Assembly (NCBI GenBank): GCA_964016885.1
Contig: OZ024758.1
Span: 6,448,001 to 6,512,000 of the forward strand
From: Eledone cirrhosa
Lineage: Eukaryota
DNA: 64,000 bases
Direction: 5' to 3'
Made by a program: the position numbers and the translations under genes
Shown: positions 13,641 to 26,406 of the stretch, piece by piece
How the letters are laid out: every line of letters begins with the position of its first letter
How positions within the stretch are numbered: position 1 is the stretch's first letter
The notes under the pieces: generated by a model
Told to the model about the DNA's origin: nothing
The model's database searches: none
Seen by the model: the letters and a program-made list of their open reading frames with translations, nothing else

Positions 13641-15044
13641 TTCCTCAAAATGATTAGTCTTCTATCTGCTAGATATCTATATTTAAGCTGTGATAGGAAA
13701 ACCGCTGTTGACGAAGATCTTTATATATTATCGTGTCGAAGACTGAATCACTGGTAAAAACGTTCTTTTTATCCTAATTTATTTCAAGGCAAATAAATAT
13801 ATATCCATAGTAATAGTCATCAGACAAACTAGCATTTTCTGAATTGAAAGTGTTTCATTATTTTGTAATCACCATTACACATGCTACTATGAGGAAAGTC
13901 AGCAGAATACTGATTTCCCTATAAAAGGAAGCAGAAATCTCAATGTTGGCTTGGAATGTTTACAATCGCTGCAGCTAAACGTGTCTAATATGGAGGATTT
14001 ATCATAGATGCAAATGGCGCAATCTGGAGCGTGGTGTTGATAGATTCTGCTTTAAATCAATAGTACTCTCAAACTTAGAAATAAACAATACATTAGCCAT
14101 AGATGTGTGTTGGATAGATTGACAGAAATTGAGTGTATAGATGTTTTGAGGCAAATTACAAATAATTCGATACTATAGAACAATGAAAGCAGCGAAGTTA
14201 GATGCAGTATAACGCTGGACTAAGCGCCAAACAATATTTAGTTTCATCCATTCCCTTATGTACTAGGACCGATGCTAATCGATTACAACCCTCCTCCCCA
14301 AATGTGTATTATTGTAAAAATTGAGAAATCGATAGTCTTCTATAATGTCCATATTATAAATGTATAAGTTAGTTTCTCTTCAAACAACGTCGCCATATCT
14401 TCACAAATCTTTACAATATTTGGCCCAGAGATACATGATAGAATAATCCATGAATAAAAATAGTTCCGATACCCATAGGCTTCCAGTGTGAATAGTATGT
14501 ATTAAAGAAGGGATTGGAGTAAAGAAAAACTTAAAAAGCTAACAGAATGAGAAATGAAAATATTCTAAATTCATTTTCTGAATAGAAGAAAATATTTTTG
14601 TCCTTAGAACATTTATAAACTTTCTACTTGAAACTTTCTTGAGTTAGTTGTGATTGTGTTGCATGTTTGACTGTATGTGTGTTTGACTGTTTGACTGTTT
14701 GGCTGTGTGGGTCAGTGGGTGTGTGTGTGAGTGAGTGTGTGTGTTTGAGTGTATGTGTGTGCATGCCATGTATCTGTTCCTACATTTATGTGTTTCATAT
14801 ATTCTTTTGTTTTTTGCGTTGTTTCTTGAAATAATATCAAATATTAATGCGTTCATTTCATTTCGTATGGCTTCTGTCCGGAGTCACAAATTTGTAGGTA
14901 ATGTAAATAAGCAGGTATATTCATTTGAATCAGAACAAAACCTGAAACAATTCCTTTCTTTTTCATATTTACGCATCAGAAGAATATATATGATATACAT
15001 TCATTGGTGTTATCATTTTATATATTGGTATTATTCTTTTGTGA

Positions 15045-15212
15045 AGGCGCATGGCTTAGTGATTATAACAGTGGGCTTGCAATCGAAAGGTTGAGAGTTC
15101 AATTCTCGGACCGGGTGATGTGTTGTTTCCTTGAGCAAGACATTTTATTTCACGTAGCTCCAGTTTACTCGACTGTAGAAATGAGATGATAGGACTGGGG
15201 TCCCTATCATTA
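15045..15212 (+). mobile_element. tRNA-derived SINE family 3 (CORE-like TCCTTGAGCAAGAC domain)
   Basis: A-box TGGCTTAGTG, B-box GAGTTCAATTC; body shared with 62135-62230. Confidence 0.65.
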
Positions 15213-15981
15213 AATCACCCAAAACACTTCCAACGAGATATACCTTGGAGGAGGCCAACTAAACCTGCATAGGTGTGAGCTGTCACACACATTATTCTTT
15301 TATATACTGTTATGTTGTATGAAATCTGGTTACTAGATTAGAAATTCTGAATAGATATTGTCATTTCAGTTTGTCAATACTATCTACGAAAACATAACCC
15401 TTGACCGATAGTTATAGCTTTAATTGTGTTGAAATACATTAGGACATTTATAATATCTATCTGTTTGTATATTCAAAGGCCTGCATTCAAAATTAACTAG
15501 GATGGAATATTTCGACACTAATGTCTTTACACTAATGTCTTTTCTGAGGGTATCTGGAAAAACCTCATATTGTATATAATTTGAAATGAAACTGGAAGGC
15601 CCATATATACTCACGTGTGAATGTATATATCTAAATGTGTGTATATATATATAGTAGTGAAAGAGTGAAGAATAACATGGTCGGCTGTACAAAAAGGGTT
15701 TTATTTATAGTATTAACAATTGTCTCATTGATCAGGTGAATCTAAAGGCCGCTAATCACTCGAAGTTGTGTCACTCGACCTTAAATAATGTCTCTGATCA
15801 AATCATCGGAATAACCAAGAATAACCTGCATGGGAATTCTCGCAAACTCGCTACCTAACAATGGAAACTTCTTGTTGAGTCAAACAACGCCGAACGTTAA
15901 AACGATCCGCAGTACAGAGTACTCACAAGCTCTGCCTTGATTACCTAAAACGATAACTTGTTATCCCATATATATATATAT

Positions 15982-16031
<50 letters not shown>

Positions 16032-16100
16032 TTGTCTGTGATCGATATACACTGGTAATAGACACACACACATATATATATATATCCACACAACATCTCC

Positions 16101-16179
<79 letters not shown>

Positions 16180-16182
<3 letters not shown>

Positions 16183-16370
16183 ATGAAGGTACCCGGATAA
16201 AACCATATCTCGGGAACCGGTGGTCCGATTTACGCGAAACTTGTTTTATTCCATTTGTATTCCCATTTCAGAGTCAACTTCCTTTCAAAGTAATTTCCCA
16301 TTATGCGCCCTTTTGGCTGTATTACATTACAGACCAGCAAGTAAGCAATCACATACTTTTAGTAATATAT
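16180..16370 (+). mobile_element. Possible non-autonomous Helitron/Helentron-like remnant
   Basis: Microsatellite followed by atatctcgggaaccggtggtccgattt..gaaactt, resembling motifs in DINE/HINE-type elements (from memory). Confidence 0.3.
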
Positions 16371-17316
16371 AGATAATATTCATATATTCAAATGGGAATT
16401 AAAACTACACCAACTATATAGCAAGCAGAAATTTCTTTATGCGCGACCATTTTGTGTTGGGTATTGGCGAAGAAAGAGTAACTAGAATCGACTATAAAAA
16501 CTTTAAGATATTATTTATTATGTTCTTCCAGTATTTCTGCTCACGTGTAATCAGAGAAATGTTTCGAATAAAACGCTTTGTCATTAATTCAAGCAAAAAT
16601 ATATACGAACATAATTAAAAAACATTAAAAGAAATATTTACATAAAAGTAAAACAATTAAAGAAATAAAATGGTGAGCCTATAACAACAAAAGAATGAAC
16701 TTTGCGCGGGTTTCTTATTATAGTCTTCTGAGAAAGGGATTTTAGTCCCGAAATATTAGGAGAGGTAAATAAAACTAGTGATACGTTATTCCAAAATCTA
16801 TCGTCTATTTTGTATTGTCGTAGCCTTCGAATTACATACTACTTTAAAACTATTAAATTTTGTTAATGGAAATGTAATGAACGAAATCAATATTTATTTA
16901 GCATATCCCATGAGATTCTCAGATAATTAAATATATTTGACAAAGTGGTTTTTCATTAATAAATTATATTATATTAACGGCATTATATCATACAATCTCT
17001 GATCTTATAGTGTGAGTCCGTTATCAATTTATCTGTGAATGCTATTAATCAATATTGGACTATTATGCGTAATTTAACCTGTGTTATACAATTTCTTTAT
17101 ACGTTTTCATTCAATTTATTTTGAATCAGTATTGCGTAACTAGATTCAAGAGTAAGTGGCCCACGTGACTTCCCCCTCTTCAAAGATTGACCAAAGAAAT
17201 ATGGTGAAAGTCTTCTTTAAACAAAGTATACTCTGGTCATTGTGTTAAAACATTGTTCGTTAGTCGTATCATTGCTTCTGCATATATGTATGTGTATATA
17301 TATATATATATATATA

Positions 17317-17364
<48 letters not shown>

Positions 17365-17365
<1 letters not shown>

Positions 17366-17831
17366 AACAAAACCTGTCAAAGGGCAAAGGAGCTCTTAAG
17401 AGTCAATGGCCATCCAAAATCACCGGGAGAGATGACACCTTAGCCTTTGTCAAGGCAGAATTCTATGAGAAGGAAAGCTCTGATATAACACCTGCAACCC
17501 TGATGATATCCAATGATGTTGACTTGTTCTTCTTTTTGGTAAATATCATCTTGGTTAAGAGAGTGGGACTGGTTTTGTGCAGTGCCTTTGCTCACTATAA
17601 AAGCTTCACGGCACAGGCATTGCTTTATATCTGGAGATCTCTCTGCACTTGTCGTCACATGGTACCATGGGCCCAGCACTATGTGTCAATAATTGTCACA
17701 AGTGTAGTGTTTGTACCAGAGTTTTCAAGTCGCTGGCTGGACTAAAAAGTCACATTCGTTCAGCGCATCGGTAGGGGTTCTCCTACATGGATATAAAGTA
17801 GTGGCCGTACTCGAAAACGAGTTGGCAGCCA

Positions 17832-17835
<4 letters not shown>
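17365..17835 (+). mobile_element. Bipartite non-autonomous RTE-type element (5'-truncated)
   Basis: 3' end encodes C-terminal zinc finger HKCSVCTRVFKSLAGLKSH.RSAHR*, followed by a hairpin (CTCG-AAAA-CGAG) and a microsatellite; homologous to 55846-56438. Confidence 0.7.
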
Positions 17836-17873
<38 letters not shown>

Positions 17874-18037
17874 TACCCGCCTGTGACCTCTGTATCATAT
17901 TTTAATTTCCCCCTCCACCTCCTGAGATATTTTCACTTGCTACAAGGGAAACAGTCCTTTTTCTTGACCGATGTACCACGTGTTAATTCCTATGTAGATT
18001 TGCTCACTTGCTACAAACGCGTCTGAAAATATATAAA

Positions 18038-18232
18038 TAATTGTTTCTACTTTTGGCACAAGGCCAGCAATGATACCAGTGTATTACTGGTACTTTTTAT
18101 TACAGTGTATCCCCGAAATGATGAAAGGCAAAGTTAACCTTGGCAGGATTTGAACACAGACTGCAAAGGGACGTTGCTCTATGCTACAAAACATGGTGTC
18201 CGACCCTCTACCGATACTGCCAATCCACTGCC
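18038..18232 (-). mobile_element. SINE family 1
   Basis: Full-length reverse copy. Confidence 0.85.
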
Positions 18233-18414
18233 TTGAATGCCAAGAAATAATATCAATCGTTAATAAATGTATTTCCGTTGTCTTTTGAACGGAGTCACAA
18301 AGCTGGAGGTAATGTAATTATACAGCTCCATAACCCTATACTATATAACTGGTACTATTCTATTGAAAGATAATATAAAACGATTTAGAAGCGATTTCAC
18401 TGTAGATACGACTT

Positions 18415-18617
18415 TACGAGAGTAGGCTGAAAAGTTCATAGGCTGACTATGACAGAATGATGCTAGAGCTGTGGAATATTGCATGCATTAATTTCAACTC
18501 TTCTCATTAATAATTGCATTATTTCTTTCCAGGGAATATGTTGAAAAAATAAACCTCATTTGGTCATTCCATGAGAGTATCTTGGTCAGGCTATGAACCT
18601 TTAAGCCAAGCTTAGTA
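18415..18617. mobile_element. Mariner-like MITE (~200 bp, single interior)
   Basis: TA-cgagagtaggctgaaaagttcataggctgac ... gtcaggctatgaaccttt..-TA. Confidence 0.75.
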
Positions 18618-18749
18618 TTTACTATTAGCTAATGTACTCTGTTCTCCCTATCGTTCTGCTAGCTCATTATTTTACAGGTATATCTCTAATATAAGTCTTT
18701 GTCTATAAAATAATCTAACTAAAAAATTTGGTTAAATAGTTTTATAACT

Positions 18750-19100
18750 TGTATCTCCTGATTAAATCTTCGGGGCCCCGTCGCGACATTCGGCGTTTGT
18801 TGGTCATTTTATAAAACCTGATTATCGGAGTCCCTCCTATTCGAGATCTGAACACAACAGATTTGTTTCCAGAGAAAGAGATTATGAGACGAAGAGACAG
18901 ATAGATATAGAAAGGGTGTGAGAAAGACATATAGATGCAGAATCGACTCCAATACATTACTGGTATATTTATATCGACCTCGAAAGAAGGAAAGGCACAG
19001 TTAACGTCGGACAGATATGAACCCAGAATGCAAAGATGAGGAATAAATAGCGCGAAACATTCTATCTAACGTTCTAACGACTCTATCAATTCGTCGCCTA
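18750..19100 (-). mobile_element. SINE family 2
   Basis: Reverse core (cgacctcgaaagaaggaaaggca) and tail. Confidence 0.65.
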
Positions 19101-19510
19101 TGGATGAAAATTAGATGTCATACAAAAGAAATAATTATTTGGATTAAAGAAAAGCTATTAAATTTTATTAATGAAAATGTAAAGGAGAAAATCAATATTT
19201 ACATAACATATCCTATGGGCTCCTCGAATAATTTAATTTTAAGTGGTTTTCATTAATAAATTATATTATATTAAAGAAATTATAGCTTAATATTTACGAT
19301 ATTGATTATCTTATAGTTTACATTATTTTATCGTTAGCGGATTTCATTAAGTAGCATTTAACTCTTTAGTGTATGATAGTAGTCAATTATTCTTATCTTT
19401 TGTGAAATTAAAGAGAGTCCCCTAATATACTAAAATGTGTCCCGCAGTGGCACAAAGTACACTTCCCATTTAATATGTTATATGATGGGTTACAATATAG
19501 TACTCACACA

Positions 19511-19569
<59 letters not shown>

Positions 19570-19692
19570 TGTTTGTGCAGGTATATGTTAATGCATGTGT
19601 GGATCTGTATGTTTTGAGTTAAAATGTGTACATGTATATATGTTTCTGTATCGAATTTGAATAACAACCTTGGTATGATTTCTGTATAAATG

Positions 19693-19965
19693 GAGGGACT
19701 GGCTTTGTGCAGTGCCTTTGCTCACTATAAAAGCTTCACGGCACAGGCATTGCATTATATCTGGTGATCTCTCTACACGTGTCATCACATGGTACCATGG
19801 GCCCAGCACTATGTGTCAATAATTGTCACAGGTGTAGTGTTTGTACCAGAGTTTTCAAGTCGCTGGCTGAACTAAAAAGTCACACTCGTTCAGCGCATCG
19901 GTAGGGGTTCTCCTACATGGATATAAAGTAGTGGCCGTACTCGAAAACGAGTTGGCACCCCCCAT
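19693..19965 (+). mobile_element. Bipartite RTE-type element, 3' part
   Basis: Near-identical to 17563-17835. Confidence 0.75.
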
Positions 19966-21097
19966 GTAGTTATGTATGTATTTCTGTATGTATGTATATA
20001 TAGCTCGGGAAAAATATACTTTTGTTCAATCCGTTTCCTAATACTGTCTAAGCGGAAGCGAAGTCAACTGGCTTCAATACAGATACAAAAGCATGTTATT
20101 GTTTAAAGACATAGAAAATATTGCCTTTCACTTTTCTCATTTCTATACCTTCCTATGAGACATGTAAAGAGAGGAAATATCTGACAGACAGAAATTAAAG
20201 TTCAACCATATTCATATTGTGCTGAATACTGTTCAATTCCACAAACAGGAAAGTATTTATTTTATTTGATTAAGCAGATGGGGCATTTTCACATGAATCT
20301 GGATATATTAATTGTACTTATTCCACCAAACGCGATCCGATGACCTGTCACCCCTTCTATAAATGGTAATATTAATAAACTCCAAAAGAGACATACCGCA
20401 TCATAAGCATCAGAATGGCGAACTAAATGCAATGCTTTAGTTATTTCCTCCTCACTACATTACATATTTCCGTTTGCTACTGGCGTTGATACAATAATAT
20501 GCAGTCTTGTATTAGAATTGATTCAGTGTATAGCATTGTTTCAACGTAAGAAATAATATAAATATGTTCCTAATTCTCATCTGGCTTTAAAATTGATGCA
20601 ATTTAAAATGTTCCATATAAATATATCTGCAATTTTCAATTTATAACCCTCGCAGGGCGATCAATGTAAACAAATTATATTTATTTACATCCGTCATAGC
20701 TTGACAATCTCTCATAGGAGAAAATCGAATATGCATGACACTGTTTTACAATTATTCGAGTATTGTTTATTATGCAAGTTAGCTCTGAATAGAGTCCACG
20801 ATGAATAGTTTAATATAATTATATGAATTAGCAAGAAATTATAGCTATATTTTGATCAAGGGCTAGCGTCCGAAACGTTAAGACATTTGTCCTACTATAT
20901 CAAGAAACGTTAAGACATTTGTCCTACTATATCAAGCATGAAACGTGATTGTACAGTCTCGTTTGCTCAGCTATTTCTGTTTGCTTTTTACATAGATACG
21001 ATACATACATATATATTCATGCATGTATATACATACATACATACATACATACATACATACATACATACATACATACATACATACATACATACATACA

Positions 21098-21133
<36 letters not shown>

Positions 21134-21191
21134 GACAAACAGACACACACATAAATACTTACATACATACACAAATATGCATACATACATA

Positions 21192-21748
21192 CATGATATG
21201 AGACAGGGAAAAGAAGGTATGCACAGTTGTGGAAGTTAGCTGCCCAGCAGATGCCAATATAATATCAAAGATTAGTGAAAAGGAGAATATCTATGCAGAA
21301 CTAATGAGAAATCTGCAGATACTCCACCCTAACTATAACTTCAGATTATTGGGGCACTGGGGTATGTTAGTAACTGCCTCAGTACAAATCTTGAGAAGCT
21401 GGGCTTCACAGAAACAGAAAGAACACGACTATTTAGGAAATTATTAGTTCCATCCATTAATGGAACAGTAAAAAATATGTAAAATATTCAAAACATTCTG
21501 CATCTAATAACTGCATATACACTTGTACAGATACAAAGCATATACACATGCACACATACAACTCAAAACATCCATATCCACACATACAATAACATCCATA
21601 CCTGCACACACATACATGCATGCAGACATACGTACATATCTACCTAGTTGATGTTGTGTAAATTCCAATGAGAGAGTCTTGTGTCTATGTTAGAAACCAA
21701 CTCTCTCTCTCTATTGGCAAAAATTTGTGAAACTATAAAACCAGAACA
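21192..21748 (+). mobile_element. R4/Dong-like (RLE-encoding) non-LTR retrotransposon 3' fragment in (ACAT)n
   Basis: MI*DREKKVCTVVEVSCPADANIISKISEKENIYAEL...IIGALG matches the restriction-like endonuclease C-terminus; flanked by (ACAT)n. Confidence 0.75.
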
Positions 21749-22030
21749 CATACATACATACATACATACATTACATTACATTACATTACATTACATAAAT
21801 GTATATTGGCGTCGCCATTTCCTCTTCGTAAAATTTTCAACAAGTTATACTCAAGATAAACTAAATGTAGATAACAATATTAAGTAATGGTTTTCAGACA
21901 AGTTATATGTGTTAAATATTTATGTTTTAGAATGGATAACCTTAAATTTATTACAATTTGTTAATATAAGTGTATAATTATGTTTGTATCTTCACACACA
22001 CACACACATACACACACACACACACACATG

Positions 22031-22059
<29 letters not shown>

Positions 22060-22065
<6 letters not shown>

Positions 22066-22141
22066 AAATAAAACAAGAACGAGTGGTTAATCCTTCATTA
22101 TGTTTATTGGTTGGTGACGCGCGTTTCGCTATTGATCAGCT
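22060..22141 (-). mobile_element. Family B element, second copy (hammerhead 3' half)
   Basis: Minus strand gctgatcaatagcGAAACGCGCGTCaccaaccaataaa..., ending in (TA)n. Confidence 0.65.
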
Positions 22142-22356
22142 ATTGGTGGTATGTAGAACATAAAAAGTCAATGTGGAAGAAAAAATAATGTTATTTACAA
22201 GCAGTCATTGAAGTTAAGCAGTTCAAAATGTGTTAATATAGCAAGGGTGCTTAGTTGATCCATGATTCCGAGATGGAGGCACAAGGTGGACTGAGGTTTG
22301 ATAATATAATTGTTTCTACGTTTGACACAAGGCCAGCAATTACAAATGATGTACAC

Positions 22357-22428
22357 CTCGCCGTTAAGGAATTGAAACCTGGTCTTTCGCGTGAGAGGTG
22401 AGCATTCTTACCACTATACTACCAAGGA
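22357..22428 (-). pseudogene. tRNA-Asp-derived pseudogene (72 nt; anticodon reads CTC)
   Basis: Minus strand TCCTTGGTAGTATAGTGGTAAGAATGCTCACCTCTCACGCGAAAGACCAGGTTTCAATTCCTTAACGGCGAG aligns without gaps to metazoan tRNA-Asp(GTC), with stem-breaking substitutions. Confidence 0.8.
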
Positions 22429-22536
22429 TGTATCATATCTGTGAATATATTCTTTGGATGGGAGCAAGACTGGACAGTCAGAGATAATGTGGCTAATTAT
22501 ACAACATATATCTATTTATTCTCAAGGCATTATTTA

Positions 22537-22914
22537 GGCATGAATTGGCAGAATTGGTAGAGGGTCGGACGCCATGCTTTCTAGCGTAGTTACGTCCCTT
22601 TACGATCTGAGTTCAACTCCCGCCAAGGTTAACTTTGCCTTTCATCCTTACGGGGTCGATAAAATAAAGTACCAGTAATGCACTGGGTAATTGCTGACCT
22701 TGTGCCTAAAGTAGAAACAATTATTTAGGCGTGAATTGGCAGTATCGGTAGAGGGTCGGACGCCATGCTTTCTAGCATAGTTACGTCCCTTTACGGTCTG
22801 AGTTCAAATCCCGCCGAGGTTAACTTTGCCTTTCATTCCTACGGGGTAGATAAAATAAAGTACCAGTAATGCACTGGGTAATTGCTGGCCTTGTGCCAAA
22901 AGTAGAAACAGTTA
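22537..22914 (+). mobile_element. Head-to-tail dimer of SINE family 1
   Basis: Two full copies with a 191-bp period; attatttaggc precedes both. Confidence 0.9.
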
Positions 22915-23432
22915 TATCTTCATTGATTTAGACAGGTTTGATTGTTAGCTGAATTCTATTTAGTTATTCATTATCTAACTTTGTTTTACCTATAATTACA
23001 AAATTGATTCTCTTTAATTCTTGCCGCTAACTTATCAGGATTCACTCCTATGACTTCATTAAACGTGAAGCATAGTTTCGTAAATAATTCTTCGAAAGAG
23101 GCAGATCTTTAAGCTGATACAATTTGTAGATATTAATTATAAATACATTTTGAAGTTCTTCGTAATGCTGATTGTATAACTAAGTTACAGTAACGGATTT
23201 CGTGATATCAATAGAATTCACAGCTTTAACTTAATCCCATGTGATCTCTCTCGTTATTTACTTAAATATGTATCTGATCCATATACTAGAATGTGAGTTT
23301 CTGTGTGCACGTGTGTGTGTATGTGTGTCTGTTTGTATCAGTCTTTGTGTGTGTATGTGTTTATGTGTATGTGGGTGTTCGTGTGTGTATATGTGGGTGT
23401 ATGTGTATGTATGTATGCGTGTATATATATAT

Positions 23433-23528
23433 GGACTAATAAGCCACACTCGTTCAGCGCATCTGTAGGGGTTCTCCTGCATGGATGTAAAGTAGTGGCC
23501 GTACTCGAAAATAGTTGACAGCCACCAT
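23433..23528 (+). mobile_element. Bipartite RTE-type element, extreme 3' end
   Basis: cacactcgttcagcgcatc...gtggccgtactcgaaaa, within a microsatellite. Confidence 0.7.
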
Positions 23529-23628
23529 ATATGCATATATATATGTGTGTATGTATGTATGTATGTATGTGTGTATATATACATATATATATATGTGTGT
23601 ATGTGTATGTATGTATGTGTGTATATAT

Positions 23629-23684
<56 letters not shown>

Positions 23685-23889
23685 ATATATGTGTTTTATA
23701 ACACTTTTATTCTTTATCGGATTTCGATTCTTTCTTCAACTTCTCATTGTCCTGATGGGAAACGAAATAGGAAAGAATATGTTACATTAACGAAATCCAA
23801 TGTAAAATATTTCAGATATCTAAGTTACAATGATGACATTATGAAAGATCTCCATAGTATTTCACATATCCAAGTTAGGTTGATGTCGT

Positions 23890-24370
23890 TATGAAAGTTC
23901 TCCATTTAAAATATTGTTTCTGATGCCCCAGCTCCAGCAATTCTTGTATTTAATTCAGCCTCGTGAAAACAGTCCCAATATACTTCAACCTCTCCACCTG
24001 CTTTGGTGGAACTCCACTCAAATGCCGAGTGCACTACACATACATTCTTTTCGCAGCACTGATTTTCATACCTGTCGTTTAGCACTCACCAGCAAACTTA
24101 TCAAGTTCATATCGGAGACCACCTTCCGACAAATTATGTAGCATTATGTCATCTGAAAATTACTGACTGGTCGTACGCCCGCAGGTTTTGATATCCGACC
24201 TTATTGCATATGTCACTCCTGTTCATTAAAATTGTGAGCAGAAGATGTGCCAATAAGCGACCTTGGCGGTTACCAATATTGAATGGTTTTGACTTGGCAA
24301 TATTTATCTAAACACAAACAATATGACATTTGTACAGAGACTTCAAGGCACCAAGAAGCTGTCCCTTAAG
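23890..24370 (-). mobile_element. Degenerate reverse-transcriptase fragment (RTE-like)
   Basis: Minus strand F(S)DDIML...SEGGLRYELDKFAGEC..GMKIS resembles the FADD motif region of a LINE RT. Confidence 0.55.
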
Positions 24371-24479
24371 CTGTTGAATCATTAATTTTTCTCTGCCTTA
24401 CTCTAAGTGTTCGTGTCTGGAGTTGTTGTCTTTCAAACAATTTAATTTATACGTTTCCTCTGGAATGATTCATAAAGCA

Positions 24480-24710
24480 TTTTGATTATGTATTTGTCTG
24501 TGTGTTTTTTTATCATTCCCAGAACACCTATTATTATAGTTATTGTTTCATTTTTCATTTTCCACATTCCAGGTTATTTCTATCTCTAAATCTTTATATT
24601 TGGAGAATTTCTCCATTTCCTTGGAAGATATATTATCGTGTGTGGTGATTGATACATCTATTAGAAGGCATCTTTTTAAGAATTTTTCTCTTCTTGAGTG
24701 AACCAAATCG
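24480..24710 (-). mobile_element. R4/Dong-like RLE domain fragment (second family)
   Basis: KRCLLIDVSITTHDNISSKEMEKFSKYKDLEIEI. Confidence 0.7.
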
Positions 24711-24784
24711 TGGTTTGAAAGACTTCGCCAGTTAGACATGGCCTAGGCTAATACTAGCCGAAACGTATCAAATCTATCACAATT

Positions 24785-25232
24785 ATATATCTATCTAGGG
24801 CGAGTAAAAATTCCGAGATCCATGGGCGAGTTCTCTCCAGCGGTCTCTGATCCTCGCTGCCATGTCCTGCGTCTCCAAGAGACCAGTGTCTGTCCTTAGG
24901 GCATCAACATATCTCAACCTCGGTCTCCCTCGTCCATGCAGAGTCTCCTGCAGGAGCACTGAGTGCAGTGTCAACCCTGGATGTCGGTGAGCATGTCCAG
25001 CTAACCTCAGTCTCCTCTGTGCTACTTTCGAGCTGACTTTTGGAAGGGCCCCGTACAGCTCTGAGTACTTCATCCTCGATGTATATTGATTAATGTTCAG
25101 AGCGAGCCATCCTCAGAATTCTCGTGTAGCAACCATCCACCATCTGAGTGAGTTTCTTGGTCAGTGTCCAAGTCTCAGACCCGTACAGCAGCACAGACTC
25201 CACTACAGCAGTGAAGAGACGGATCTTCAGGT
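24785..25232 (-). mobile_element. 5'-truncated RTE-clade LINE in (TA)n
   Basis: DLKIRLFTAVVESVLLYGSETWTL...RRLRLAGH..RGRPRLRYVD...DRWR; tagatagatata tail. Confidence 0.85.
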
Positions 25233-25905
25233 CTATATATATGTTTGTATATATATATATATATATATATATATAATCGTGTATTGTAGCTAAGTAGGAG
25301 TCTTGTTACACTGGAGTTTCACATACGCCTCCACGGGATTACCAGATGCACTTATTTATATATTTATATATATATGTGTGAGTGTGTAATGTTATATTAC
25401 ATTAATATTATATTATATTATATCGTGACAAAACGTTTTCTTTGGTTATTATTCGATTCTTCCTATAAATATTTCGATAAGTTTTATACTTATACGTTTT
25501 GACTTACAGGCATCTGCCAATATCAGAGTTTGGTGTTATTTTTTTAAGAAACACACTTAAGATTAGAGTTTCTAAATTAATGGTTTCCTTCTGTGATTCC
25601 GCTTTGATTTTTTTTTTTTTTTTTTTTTTGTTTCTTCAAATATTATTTAATATCATTTTTCTATTTTAATATTTCTACTGAATTATAGCCTGAACCTGAT
25701 AGATATTCCTGTTTAATGTATATTTACATTTAGTGAAATATTTCACGCCGATCAGGAAAAAGAAAAGACAGTTTTTTACCTAATGTCATCTTATTGCAAT
25801 GAAAGCACAGTATGGTCCGTATTTACAGACGATGTTGCTGGCATGAGGCACAATGGAGTCCAGTAATGCAAATTCCCTTTGATCGATCCATAATTACTAA
25901 TATTT

Positions 25906-26227
25906 ATTGACTGGCAGTATCGGTAGAGGGTCGGACGCCATGCTTCGACGCAAAGAGTTTCGTCCCTTTACGATATGAGTTCAAATCCCGAATTTCAATG
26001 TATTATTATAAAAATAATACACTGGCGGTGGATTGGCAGTATCGGTAGAGGGTCGGACGCCATGTTTTCCAGCATAGTTTCGTCCCTTTGCGGTCTGAGT
26101 TCAAATCCCGCCGAGGTTAACTTTGCCTTTCATCCTTACGGGGTCGATAAAATAAAGTACCAGTAATACACTGGGTAATTGTTGGCCTTGTGCCTAAAGT
26201 AGAAACAATTATTATAAAAATAATACA
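25906..26227 (+). mobile_element. SINE family 1: head-only copy plus a full copy with 20-bp TSD
   Basis: attattataaaaataataca at 26002-26021 and 26208-26227. Confidence 0.85.
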
Positions 26228-26346
26228 TTGAAATTCCGTTATAACGAAATACATGGGGTATAAAAAAATTCGTTGGAATGAATTGTTATATATATATATA
26301 ACAATGGAAGTGAGTAAAATCGAAGTTGCAGCATCGGTGTGTGTGT

Positions 26347-26406
<60 letters not shown>

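Noticed and set aside
17242-17745. 167-aa ORF as a host gene
   Set aside because: Composed of a microsatellite plus the repeated bipartite element.
20872-20935. 32-bp direct repeat as a regulatory element
   Set aside because: Simple two-copy duplication with no evidence of function.
22357-22428. Functional tRNA-Glu(CTC)
   Set aside because: Body is tRNA-Asp-like, with mispaired anticodon and T stems.
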